Origin: a virus
Lineage: Duplodnaviria > Heunggongvirae > Uroviricota > Caudoviricetes
Reading direction: 5' to 3' (one strand)
Length of the DNA: 64,000 nt
IMG/VR virus record: IMGVR_UViG_3300042514_001345
Positions 35,285 through 44,538 of this stretch are shown here, piece by piece (the first letter of the stretch is position 1; the number at the start of each line of letters is the position of its first letter). The notes beneath the pieces are model-generated. The model had not been told where the DNA came from and ran no database searches. It was given only the letters and a program-made list of their open reading frames with translations. The translations under genes and the position numbers were made by a program.

Positions 35285-37165
35285 TTACGACATTAAACCG
35301 GTTCCTCTAACCAATGGTGTTATTAGTGCCGCACCACCTGCTGGTGCGACTGGTATTGATGTGGCGTCTAAACTAATTTGAACAAATGAGTTAGTATTCA
35401 TTTCACTATGCCAACCTTTAAGTGTTTCTTCTAATGTGGCTAGTAAATTGTTATCTCCAGGTTCAAAGAAATCGCCAGTGGTTATACCCCTACTCTCTAA
35501 ACCTTGAGCAACCTCAATTAATGCTCTATCGACACTAAATCCTGGTCGTAGTTTTGCTAATTGTAACATTAAGCTAGGCACCTTTTGACTAATACCAACT
35601 CTAAGTAAATCAATTAATTTTAAAAGTTGTTCATATAATTCAGCACAACTTGATATACCAATAAATGGTATCGCGTATTTTAAGAAAGCGAGTAAACTTT
35701 TAATCACTTTAAGATATTTTTCTTTTGATGTTTTAAAAATTTTTGGGACCAATGAAATAATTAAAGCAATTAGTTCTGGTTTAACTTTAGTCCAAAATAT
35801 TGTTATAAATTTAAAAAACAAATCTTGTAAAATGTTATAAAATAATTTGTAGAAATTTTTAACTAATTGTTTAGCACTAACAAATGCTGACGAAACTCCG
35901 GCTTTAAGTGTTTTCCATAATATCACTAACGGTAAAAATATTTTAGCCGAAAATATTGAACCTAACAATGCTTTTGGTAGATTAAAAATTGACATAAGAT
36001 TCATTGATATGCGTAAATTATCAATTGGAATTGAACCGCCTGACGCATTATACGCATCTTTTGCCATTTTATTTAATATTGAATTATAAGCATCTAATGT
36101 GTTTTTCTTGGATAGTAATGAAAAATCCTCAATATGATTTGGATTAACTGGAACTTCAAAGTTATTACAATCAGTAAACCTCAAAACTCTTTTGAATCTC
36201 AGTGCCTCATCATCTAAATCAATACCATCCAAATCGTCTGTGTCAAAAAACATTTGCTCATCAACATCATCTTCATTAAACTGGTCTTTTGGATTTTGTT
36301 GTAATTCATCATCTTTTTTAGGTTTACCGCAGGCACAAGTTATTTTTTGTAATATTCGATTTAAATTATTCATATTAATATCGAATTCTTTTGGTTGTGA
36401 GCCATCACCAGCTAATAACATTGATACACTATTTTTTAGAATATCACTTGGTTGGGGGAATTCGATTGTTTCATAATATTGTGTTATAAATTGGTCTATT
36501 GTTGTAATACCGGCTCCTTGTAATCCACTTAAATTATATTGTTGACTTCCACTATCCCAATCCATTGTAAATAAATCATTACCTGAATTACTAGTAAATG
36601 TGTAATTAGTACCGCTATCAAAACTTTGATATAGGTCTTTATTCATTTTTGTTTTATTCCTAGATGTGGTATCTTCGTAAACTAAATTACCCATTGTTGA
36701 TGCTGGGTCCATTTTTAAAGTACCTAAAAAATCAAATTCACTTGGTTTTATACTTAATGCGTCCATTGGCATTTTAGAACCTGAACCACAACCAAAATCA
36801 TTATCATTTGCGAATAAAACAGCTTTAACATTATCAATTACAACTTGTTTTATTTGTTTAGTCGTTTCGTTAACCGATTCTCTAGTGTATTTTCGAATCT
36901 TACTCTCACCTTTTACAGGTTCTGTTTTTAAAATTTTATTAAGGTCACCTATTAGGTTTTCAAATACATTATTAAAATTAGGTATTTTTTGTTTTGCTTT
37001 GTCGGCAAAATCCTGTGCTTTTTTACCAACGTTTTTACTTAACTCTTTGGCATCGTCGTCAAGTTTTTTGGTTAGATTTTTTAACCCGTCTTTTTTCTCC
37101 ACAATTGTGGTTAACGCAGCAAACTTACCTTTAGCATCACTCCTTAATTTTTTTAAATCAGCCAT
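35285..37165 (-). CDS. tape-measure-like protein (N-terminal coiled coil, hydrophobic C-terminal segments)
   Basis: 626 aa. Call rests on composition and position next to the spike gene, not on a motif. Confidence 0.3.
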   Translation of the reverse strand: MADLKKLRSDAKGKFAALTTIVEKKDGLKNLTKKLDDDAKELSKNVGKKAQDFADKAKQKIPNFNNVFENLIGDLNKILKTEPVKGESKIRKYTRESVNETTKQIKQVVIDNVKAVLFANDNDFGCGSGSKMPMDALSIKPSEFDFLGTLKMDPASTMGNLVYEDTTSRNKTKMNKDLYQSFDSGTNYTFTSNSGNDLFTMDWDSGSQQYNLSGLQGAGITTIDQFITQYYETIEFPQPSDILKNSVSMLLAGDGSQPKEFDINMNNLNRILQKITCACGKPKKDDELQQNPKDQFNEDDVDEQMFFDTDDLDGIDLDDEALRFKRVLRFTDCNNFEVPVNPNHIEDFSLLSKKNTLDAYNSILNKMAKDAYNASGGSIPIDNLRISMNLMSIFNLPKALLGSIFSAKIFLPLVILWKTLKAGVSSAFVSAKQLVKNFYKLFYNILQDLFFKFITIFWTKVKPELIALIISLVPKIFKTSKEKYLKVIKSLLAFLKYAIPFIGISSCAELYEQLLKLIDLLRVGISQKVPSLMLQLAKLRPGFSVDRALIEVAQGLESRGITTGDFFEPGDNNLLATLEETLKGWHSEMNTNSFVQISLDATSIPVAPAGGAALITPLVRGTGLMS

Positions 37166-37542
37166 TATAATGAGTATTTTTCGCCGCTTTTATCCTTATC
37201 GTCTTCATTGACTAATTTGTCTAGGATTTCCCTATCTTCATCACTTAACGTTAATTTACCAGGTGAAAATTTGTTACTGTCACTAGCACCTTTTTGAATA
37301 AGGTTAGTTTGTATTTTTACAAGTGATATTTTCTTTTCAGTACACTCGTTTAATATCTTTTGCTGTTCTTTAATAACTGGTCCAATAACTGACATATCCT
37401 CAGATTCTTTCATAAATGATAGCATCTTTTTCATTATCAGTGTGGCTGTATTTTTTTGTTCTACAATATCGTTATAGATTTCCTGCATTAGTGCTAAAGC
37501 TGAGTCAGTTTCTAATGCTATGTTTTTTCTTATCGTTCTCAT
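37165..37542 (-). CDS. small acidic protein (possible gp33-like late co-activator)
   Basis: 125 aa with an acidic C-terminus, immediately upstream of the sigma gene on the minus strand (higher coordinates). Confidence 0.25.
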   Translation of the reverse strand: MRTIRKNIALETDSALALMQEIYNDIVEQKNTATLIMKKMLSFMKESEDMSVIGPVIKEQQKILNECTEKKISLVKIQTNLIQKGASDSNKFSPGKLTLSDEDREILDKLVNEDDKDKSGEKYSL

Positions 37543-37557
37543 ACTAATAAATAGATT

Positions 37558-38256
37558 TTAATCCAAAAACCCACCTAAAATTCCTTCATAAAGTGTTCGG
37601 TATCTTTTTAGGGATATTCTAATTTCTTTAGTAGATAGTGATGTCATTTCACGTAATGACAATAAAATTAAGTTTTTGTTGAATTTATTACCTTCCCCAA
37701 CTTGGAATATTTTGTCAAAATTGTTGAAGATTTCTAACAAAGCGTAACCTAGTTTTCTTTCGTTGTCTGTTAGATTTTCAGTTTCAACAAATTTGTCTAA
37801 TTCTATTGTGAATTTAATAATGATATCTCGGTAGTCAATTTGGTCTTCGTCAATATAATAAGCCAAGTCAGATCTTTCCTCAATATCGGAAGAAATATCC
37901 TCATAGGATACACTTCTGTTTTGGTCTTTAGTATCCTTTTGAATAGCCCCCATAAGGTAGTTCTTACATATAGTTCCAAAATAAGAATACGCTTTATGGT
38001 TTTTGGTGTGATCAAATTTGTTCATTTTTGTAATTAAAAAAGACATTGTATCAGTATGTAAATCACTGAATTCATAATCTTTTCTATACAATTTATATCT
38101 TCTGATGATGCTTTCCACCATCGTGATGAGAGGTTCTCTTAAATATTCATTGAATATCTTGTTTCTTTCTGCTTCGTCAGTACTTTCTAAGTAATTAACT
38201 ACTGCCTTTTCTTGATCCTCCCCAAAATAAATTTTTTGGGTACGTTTTCTAGGCAT
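37558..38256 (-). CDS. late sigma factor (T4 gp55-like)
   Basis: ITKMNKFDHTKNHKAYSYFGTICKNYLMGAIQKDTKDQ aligns with T4 gp55 [34 protein letters not shown]. Confidence 0.55.
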   Translation of the reverse strand: MPRKRTQKIYFGEDQEKAVVNYLESTDEAERNKIFNEYLREPLITMVESIIRRYKLYRKDYEFSDLHTDTMSFLITKMNKFDHTKNHKAYSYFGTICKNYLMGAIQKDTKDQNRSVSYEDISSDIEERSDLAYYIDEDQIDYRDIIIKFTIELDKFVETENLTDNERKLGYALLEIFNNFDKIFQVGEGNKFNKNLILLSLREMTSLSTKEIRISLKRYRTLYEGILGGFLD

Positions 38257-38260
38257 TTTT

Positions 38261-39046
38261 TTAATCTACATAGTTTATTTCGCGCTTATTTTTATAAAAA
38301 AATTCTTTTTTAGCCGTTTCTAACCAGAATTTAACTTCTTTTTCCGTCAATTTTTCTTTTTCATCATTTTTATAATTCCAAAATAAAGAATCTTCTCTTA
38401 AATTAACGTGTCTGTAACCAATTTTAGGAACACTCATAACATTTACACCGTTATTTGTTAAACGTAACAATAATTCATATGAAAAAGTCAGTTTAATATT
38501 ACTTTTAAATGATCCGTTATTTTTAATAACACTAGTTCTATATAAACCACCGCTCGTTTGATAGTTTTGATATTCTAATAAAACCTCATTATCTAAAACG
38601 CCTTGCTTATCTGAAAATCCGTAAGCCCAGACAGATTCGTTTGTGAAACTAGCAAATTCACCTTCCGGATCAATGTCTTTAACGATGGTTAAAAAAACAT
38701 CAACATCTGGATATTCGGTTACGTATTCATTCATACTTTTTAACCAAGGTTTTTGATACTCGTCGTCAACTTCTAAAATTGAAAACCATTCAGTATCACA
38801 AGCATCGATGCCCAAGTTTATTTGACTACAAAAATCGGTTTCTTTTGATGTGTTATAAATAACCTCAACCTCTAATTTTTGACCAAAATTGAATTCTTTA
38901 ATTTTTTTATTTAATTTTTCAGGACAAATAATTTTAACTTTAACATCGTTATGAAATTCTTTGACAGAATCTAATGCGTTTTCTAGCATCTTATCATAAT
39001 CATTGTCTAACTTATGTACTGGAACTAAAATTGTTATATTTTTCAT
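38261..39046 (-). CDS. family-2-like glycosyltransferase (GT-A)
   Basis: N-terminal ITILVPVHKLDNDYDKMLENALDSV fits the GT2 start pattern (iiPvyN....l...l.Sv). A DxD-like ILEVDDEY is present. Confidence 0.45.
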   Translation of the reverse strand: MKNITILVPVHKLDNDYDKMLENALDSVKEFHNDVKVKIICPEKLNKKIKEFNFGQKLEVEVIYNTSKETDFCSQINLGIDACDTEWFSILEVDDEYQKPWLKSMNEYVTEYPDVDVFLTIVKDIDPEGEFASFTNESVWAYGFSDKQGVLDNEVLLEYQNYQTSGGLYRTSVIKNNGSFKSNIKLTFSYELLLRLTNNGVNVMSVPKIGYRHVNLREDSLFWNYKNDEKEKLTEKEVKFWLETAKKEFFYKNKREINYVD

Positions 39047-40110
39047 ATTTCTTCTTCTACTTTTAATTTATCTAGTGCAGTAGTAATTGATTCTTTTCTT
39101 TTATTTCTTAATGAATTAAAGATTGAAACAGTATTTTGTGCAGTTATTTCTTTATTATATGGGGTTAAGGTTTCTTTCATTTTTTCTTTAACATCGTCTC
39201 CGATTTCAACACCCTCTAACCAAGCTAAACAATATGTACCCAATAAATCGACTACTTTATTGATGTCATATGTCCACATACCATTCTCACCTAACCAATC
39301 AGGTTCCGTTGTTGGTATTTTACCAATTACCGGTACACCACATTTCATAGATTCTAAAGGGAAAGTTCCAAACGTACTTTCATCATCAATCCAAACAGAT
39401 ACAAAACATTCTTTTAACGATTCAGCAAATTCATCATAGGACATTTGAACCATGTCTCTAAATGTTACCCATCTTAATTGTGGGTATTTCAAGTAGAATT
39501 CTGAAATTAGTTTTCTGTGTTGTAATCTATCTCTACTTGAAATGGCGATATATGGTTTTAATGGTTTTTTACTTTCACTAAAAATATCATCAATGATTGG
39601 TGGTAATAGGTAAACCAAAGTTTCTGGAAAATATTTTTTAATATATTCCTTAGACGCTGCGGTGGTTGCGATTGCTTTATCAAAACCAAATTCAGCCCAC
39701 TTACTACCAATAGATAATGTTTCAAAAATATATTCTTTTTGCTGTACTAACATTACCTTAATACAACGAATATTAGATAATTGCTGTAAAACATTAGAAT
39801 AATATTCTGGCACAACTATCATGTCGTCAATTTTAATTTCAATTTTATCATCTTTAATTGAAACGACTTCAAGATCGTTATATCTATCACCTAACCAACT
39901 ACTGACACTTGGATAGTTTTTATCTTCAACTAGTATTTTACTATTGAATCCGTTTTGTTTTGTAATTAGCGCTAAATCGTATATATGTTTTACTGCGGCT
40001 CTTGCGTTGCCTTTTGTGTCGTAACATAAAAAATAAACAACACTTTGGTTGTTATCTAATCTACTTAAAGCATCTTCTAATTTTTCGATGTTTTTTAATT
40101 TTTCACTCAT
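39043..40110 (-). CDS. group-1 (GT-B, GT4-like) glycosyltransferase
   Basis: ESMKCGVPVIGKIPTTEPDWLGENGMW resembles the GT4 C-terminal EAMAcG.PVi...gG..E motif. Confidence 0.5.
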   Translation of the reverse strand: MSEKLKNIEKLEDALSRLDNNQSVVYFLCYDTKGNARAAVKHIYDLALITKQNGFNSKILVEDKNYPSVSSWLGDRYNDLEVVSIKDDKIEIKIDDMIVVPEYYSNVLQQLSNIRCIKVMLVQQKEYIFETLSIGSKWAEFGFDKAIATTAASKEYIKKYFPETLVYLLPPIIDDIFSESKKPLKPYIAISSRDRLQHRKLISEFYLKYPQLRWVTFRDMVQMSYDEFAESLKECFVSVWIDDESTFGTFPLESMKCGVPVIGKIPTTEPDWLGENGMWTYDINKVVDLLGTYCLAWLEGVEIGDDVKEKMKETLTPYNKEITAQNTVSIFNSLRNKRKESITTALDKLKVEEEI

Positions 40111-40384
40111 TGTCTTCGATTATTATTCCGTATTTTATTAATGTGTTAAATGCTAACCTAAATGATATTGATGTATTTTTTTGACCAAAGACACCCATTT
40201 CTTCATCGACTTCGTCAATCTCGCCAAGGATTCTATCAATCGCCATTTTTACCATTTCGTATTTAAAGACATTTATCTCTACAATATCTTTTCCATCCTC
40301 ATCTTGAATATTATCACCAGTTTTACAAACCGCAACCGCAGCATCTAAATCTAGATAGTAATTCTTCCCAAAAATTTCTCCCAT
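40103..40384 (-). CDS. hypothetical protein
   Basis: 93-aa ORF. Confidence 0.3.
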   Translation of the reverse strand: MGEIFGKNYYLDLDAAVAVCKTGDNIQDEDGKDIVEINVFKYEMVKMAIDRILGEIDEVDEEMGVFGQKNTSISFRLAFNTLIKYGIIIEDNE

Positions 40385-40385
40385 T

Positions 40386-40994
40386 CTAATTATTTTCTAT
40401 TAATTTATTTTCATCAAAAGTTATAGGTGCTTGACCTTCAATCAATTTATTTATTTTTTTGTCATAAGTAAAGTGTTGGTTATACTTTGTTTCGAACAAT
40501 TGGAACTCCTTACCCTCTGGACAGGATTCCATTATTTGTTTGTTATCACTAATCCATATGTCGACATTTTCCCATTCTTTTGAAATGTTATCAGATGTTA
40601 TAAATTTGACATTATTAACCATGCAACCATTTCTAGATAAGAAAAAGAATGTTGCTGGTCTAGATTTACCAAATTCATCTAAACCGACCAAGGTTACGTT
40701 ATGTGTGGGATTTTCGTGTATGTACTTATTTAAGTCATTTATTGCACCATTATAACTAACTGGTGAATGACCATACAACTCCATAGGATATTCTATATAC
40801 CTGAAAAAATCATACTCTTCTTTTGATTGAAAAGTAAAACAATTCATTAAACTGTCATTAGCTATTGGCTCAATAACTTTATACTCGAAAGATTCATCGG
40901 GATTTTCTACGTCAACATACGCTTGCTCGTAGTGATAATGGAACCGGCTTACAAAATTACGTAAGACACCATCAATTGATATATAAACATTCAT
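40386..40994 (-). CDS. hypothetical protein with a weak HAD/NT5C-like N-terminus
   Basis: ISIDGVL resembles the NT5C DMDGVL motif, but the first Asp is replaced by Ser. Confidence 0.3.
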   Translation of the reverse strand: MNVYISIDGVLRNFVSRFHYHYEQAYVDVENPDESFEYKVIEPIANDSLMNCFTFQSKEEYDFFRYIEYPMELYGHSPVSYNGAINDLNKYIHENPTHNVTLVGLDEFGKSRPATFFFLSRNGCMVNNVKFITSDNISKEWENVDIWISDNKQIMESCPEGKEFQLFETKYNQHFTYDKKINKLIEGQAPITFDENKLIENN

Positions 40995-41031
40995 ATACCA
41001 AATATAGTCCCTACATTATTTAAAGTAAATG

Positions 41032-41766
41032 CTATTCGTATCTATTTAAAATTTCAGAAATGATGGGGTTTCTAACAATATCCTCCATACCAAATTCAAA
41101 AACTCCAATACCTTTAACATCACCTAATCTTTTCTTTGCGTCATAAAGACCTGACTTTGTTTTATCTTTAAATTTGTCAGATTGTTCTAAGTCACCAGAA
41201 AGAAAAAACTTTGAGTTGTAACCGATACGTGTTAACAATAATTTGATTTGTGAAGGTGTAGCATTTTGTGCTTCTTCAAAAACTAAAATGGTGTTGTCAA
41301 CGTTCCATCCGCGCATATAAGCTAACGCTGCAACTTCAATATAACCTTCATCTTTTAGTTTTTCTCTAGCATCCTTACCAATTATTTTGTTTAACAAATA
41401 ATATGATGGGTAAATGTATGGATCTAGTTTTTCTTCTAAACCACCAGGTAAAGAACCTAATTTCTCTTCGGCTTCAACGGCCGGTCTAACAATAATAATT
41501 TTTTCGTATTTGTTGGAATCATCATATAATAAATCAACTGCTCTTTTCATTGCAATATATGATTTACCGACTCCAGCAGGACCAAAACATAATGTGATTT
41601 GATTATCACCTAAAATGTCCCAATATATTTCTTGATTCCTTGTTAAAAACTTTTCTTTTGGTTTTTTAATAATCTCTCGGATTCTTTGTTTATGTGGTGT
41701 TTTTTTCTCTTCAACTAAAACAACAGTATTTGTTGATTCTCTTCTACTTTTCGGTTTTAATGCCAA
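41032..41766 (-). CDS. phoH: PhoH-like ATPase
   Basis: LCFGPAGVGKSYIAM Walker A motif and PhoH-like overall layout. Length is 244 aa. Confidence 0.8.
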   Translation of the reverse strand: MALKPKSRRESTNTVVLVEEKKTPHKQRIREIIKKPKEKFLTRNQEIYWDILGDNQITLCFGPAGVGKSYIAMKRAVDLLYDDSNKYEKIIIVRPAVEAEEKLGSLPGGLEEKLDPYIYPSYYLLNKIIGKDAREKLKDEGYIEVAALAYMRGWNVDNTILVFEEAQNATPSQIKLLLTRIGYNSKFFLSGDLEQSDKFKDKTKSGLYDAKKRLGDVKGIGVFEFGMEDIVRNPIISEILNRYE

Positions 41767-41800
41767 AATTTTTAGTTTTAAATTTCAATTATTATTTGTT

Positions 41801-41808
41801 TATAAATA
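41801..41808 (-). promoter_or_regulatory. TATTTATA upstream motif (minus strand)
   Basis: 34 nt upstream of the phoH start and abutting the dut stop codon. Confidence 0.35.
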
Positions 41809-42417
41809 TCATAGAATTCCACTTGAACCAAAACCACCAGCACCTCTAGTGGTTTCATTTAAAGATTCAGTTGATTCTAAATAAACCTTACCTTCCCCAA
41901 AAACAGGACACAAAACACCTTGTGCTATCCTGTCACCATTATTTATAACAAATGGTTCTTCTCCCAAATTAATAAGTGGCACTTTAACTTCACCCCTGTA
42001 ATGACTATCCACAGTTCCAGGGGTATTTAACACTGTAATCCCGTTTTTAACCGCCAAACCGCTGCGTGGTCTAACTTGTACTTCAAAACCCTTTTCCATC
42101 TGAAAATGAAGCCCCGTAGGTACTAAAAAACGCTTAAAAGGTAATAGTGTAATTGGTTCTTCGAGGTTTGCTCTTAAATCAAATCCACTATCACCTTCGT
42201 TAGCAAATGTAGGGTCAGGGTTTTTAGAATTATTTACAAATTTAAGTGTGAGTTTATTAAATTCTGTTTGTTGCTCATTGAGGATTAAATTACTTATTCC
42301 AGCCAATGTTTCATCAATGTCTTTAAAATAGTCCTCACCAACGTTTTCATCGCTTTGAAGCGTTTCTTCGTATTCTTGAAGTTTCTCGATAAATTTTTCT
42401 AAATCGTCCCTATCCAT
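41809..42417 (-). CDS. dut: dUTP diphosphatase with an approximately 70-aa N-terminal extension
   Basis: dUTPase motifs GDSGFDLRA, RSGLAVKNGITVLNTPGTVDSHYRGEV and GDRIAQGVL are present. Confidence 0.8.
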   Translation of the reverse strand: MDRDDLEKFIEKLQEYEETLQSDENVGEDYFKDIDETLAGISNLILNEQQTEFNKLTLKFVNNSKNPDPTFANEGDSGFDLRANLEEPITLLPFKRFLVPTGLHFQMEKGFEVQVRPRSGLAVKNGITVLNTPGTVDSHYRGEVKVPLINLGEEPFVINNGDRIAQGVLCPVFGEGKVYLESTESLNETTRGAGGFGSSGIL

Positions 42418-42422
42418 AATTT

Positions 42423-42656
42423 TTACTTTTTATAATATTCTGGTGTATTTTTTTCATCGATTACACATTCGATTGGCATTTTAGCGACGCTTAAACTTTC
42501 GCTACCTCTAATATCGCCAGCGCGATAATTCGCAGCAACAATAGTTGCTTCTTCCACTGATTCGGCTTGTAACACGTATTTGACTTTTTTAACACGTGGG
42601 TTACCTTCTCTGTCCATTTGTTCGGTTTCATAACCGATAGTTACTAAGTAGTACAT
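42423..42656 (-). CDS. small hypothetical protein
   Basis: 77-aa ORF. Confidence 0.3.
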   Translation of the reverse strand: MYYLVTIGYETEQMDREGNPRVKKVKYVLQAESVEEATIVAANYRAGDIRGSESLSVAKMPIECVIDEKNTPEYYKK

Positions 42657-42667
42657 AATTGTTTGTT

Positions 42668-43885
42668 TTATTTAATTGATTTAAGAAATTGAACTCTATC
42701 TTGGCAAACTTTTTTTAACGAATATTTGTCTTTAACGGTTTCATATAAACGATTACCTAAATCTTCAATCATATTTGGATTGTCAATTAATCGTTTCATA
42801 TGTTGCGCCCATTGTTTGTGGTTTTTGTTCTGTGAAACTAATAACGCATTACCGTCAGTAAATTCCCCATTACTTACCGCTGATTTTAAATCAAGCGAAT
42901 ATGGATTAGTTTCACTAGCAATTACCGCTTTTTTATGGAATCCCGCCTCAATAACTTTGAGTTGTGATTTACACCCATTAAAAAATGAATCTACCAATGG
43001 AGTCAAAGATACATCAAAATTGTTGTAATTAGATGCGTAAGTGCTAATATTTTTTGTCCATCTTCTTCTATATGGTTGATTTACATCATCGTAATCACCT
43101 TCCTTATATTGTAAAAGATACTTTATGTATTCTGGATCTAAAGTTTTATATTTATCTGTGAAAATATCTTCATATACTTTCCAAACAGTTTCTTCTGGTT
43201 TAATGTCCCTAACCCTTTTTTGACCAGTATTCTTATCAATTTCAGTTACACTTCCTCTAGTATCAAAACCACACAGAACAAATTGAACCTTACCCTTATG
43301 TGAATTATGAATACTTGATATATTACCACGCATCAATTCTAAATCATGCAAATGTGAGGACCCACCAAGCCATCCAAAACGGATTAATTCAGATTTAGTT
43401 GATTTTGGTTGGAATTGAGGTTCTGTATCATCAACGGCGTTTGGAAAAATGTGGATGTTTTTTAATCCTAACCTTTCTTTAATCACCTGAGCAAATAAAG
43501 GAGTTGTTGTTGTAACATAATCCGCCGCTTTTAATAATTGAACTTTTTTTTCTGGTAATTTAGTTGAAACAATTTGATGATATGCTGGATGTCTTTGGTC
43601 TACTAACCAATAGTCATCAATATCGACAATGACCTTAATACCTTTAGCTTTTAACCAAGCGATTCTTTCTAAATTTCTTTCGTAAGTGCTTTTGTGGATA
43701 AAACTATGTAAAACAACTATATCATAGTTCTCAAATATTTTATCATCATCTGCTACGTCCATGACAATATCGACATGGAATTCTTCGCCGTAATTGGAAC
43801 CAATGAATCTGTACGGGTCTAGTACCCTGTACTTACCTACGCCATGGGCGTCTGAAGGAATTGCTAATACTCTTATTTTAGACAT
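42668..43885 (-). CDS. putative GT-B-fold glycosyltransferase
   Basis: 405 aa. The N-terminal MSKIRVLAIPSDAHGVGKYRVLDPYRFI is faintly reminiscent of the T4 alpha-glucosyltransferase N-terminus MRICIFMARGLEGCGVTKFSLEQRDWFI. The similarity is weak. Confidence 0.3.
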   Translation of the reverse strand: MSKIRVLAIPSDAHGVGKYRVLDPYRFIGSNYGEEFHVDIVMDVADDDKIFENYDIVVLHSFIHKSTYERNLERIAWLKAKGIKVIVDIDDYWLVDQRHPAYHQIVSTKLPEKKVQLLKAADYVTTTTPLFAQVIKERLGLKNIHIFPNAVDDTEPQFQPKSTKSELIRFGWLGGSSHLHDLELMRGNISSIHNSHKGKVQFVLCGFDTRGSVTEIDKNTGQKRVRDIKPEETVWKVYEDIFTDKYKTLDPEYIKYLLQYKEGDYDDVNQPYRRRWTKNISTYASNYNNFDVSLTPLVDSFFNGCKSQLKVIEAGFHKKAVIASETNPYSLDLKSAVSNGEFTDGNALLVSQNKNHKQWAQHMKRLIDNPNMIEDLGNRLYETVKDKYSLKKVCQDRVQFLKSIK

Positions 43886-43935
43886 TTTATATTACTTGTA
43901 TGTCTATGATAAGAAATTAAAATAAAAAAGGAAAG

Positions 43936-44499
43936 TTATTTTGCTTTATTTACCCCTGTGATTTTACCTTTAAAAATTGAATCACCAACCTTTAATACTA
44001 AGTTTTCGTTAATAGTACTAGTTTGATGTGCAGCTAATAATTGGTTTAACTTTTCGTCCATAACCTTTCTAACTGTATTTTCAATTAATGTAGCAATTGA
44101 ATTTATATCAACATTTGAAGTTGATGCTTGGGGTTGTCTTTGACCTGTAGGTTTAGATGAAATAACACCTTCTTCTCTCATTAGGTTTTTCGCTTTGTTT
44201 ACGAAATCCATATCCAAAGTTTCTGAAAGTGAAATTTGTGGTATTGGGTTCTCAATCATAGCTTTTTTTATATTATCAGGTAATTTCGACTTATTAATTA
44301 AATCGGGATCATTTGATGGATTCGCTCTTCTAGTCGGCGCTGGTGTATCCATTGACTGTACGTCTTCTGGTGATGATCTTAATATATTTTCATTGATGTG
44401 ACCTCTTTCAAAGTTACCACCATCAACCTTATTCATTACTTTTTTTGCATTAACTAATTTTTGCATTAAGTCGTTTGATGTAATTGCTCCGTTTCCCAT
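43936..44499 (-). CDS. hypothetical protein
   Basis: 187-aa ORF preceded by the TATTTATA motif. Confidence 0.4.
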   Translation of the reverse strand: MGNGAITSNDLMQKLVNAKKVMNKVDGGNFERGHINENILRSSPEDVQSMDTPAPTRRANPSNDPDLINKSKLPDNIKKAMIENPIPQISLSETLDMDFVNKAKNLMREEGVISSKPTGQRQPQASTSNVDINSIATLIENTVRKVMDEKLNQLLAAHQTSTINENLVLKVGDSIFKGKITGVNKAK

Positions 44500-44504
44500 A
44501 ATGT

Positions 44505-44512
44505 TATAAATA
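44505..44512 (-). promoter_or_regulatory. TATTTATA upstream motif (minus strand)
   Basis: 5 nt upstream of the gene start at 44499. Confidence 0.35.
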
Positions 44513-44538
44513 TATTTTATTATTTAATTAAAATAAAG

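Noticed and set aside
40386-40994. Assignment as 5-prime(3-prime)-deoxyribonucleotidase (NT5C/HAD)
   Set aside because: The motif reads SIDGVL instead of DxDGVL, so the nucleophilic Asp is missing. It is kept as hypothetical. It could still be the missing phosphatase partner of Pnk if the true start lies elsewhere, but there is no evidence for that.
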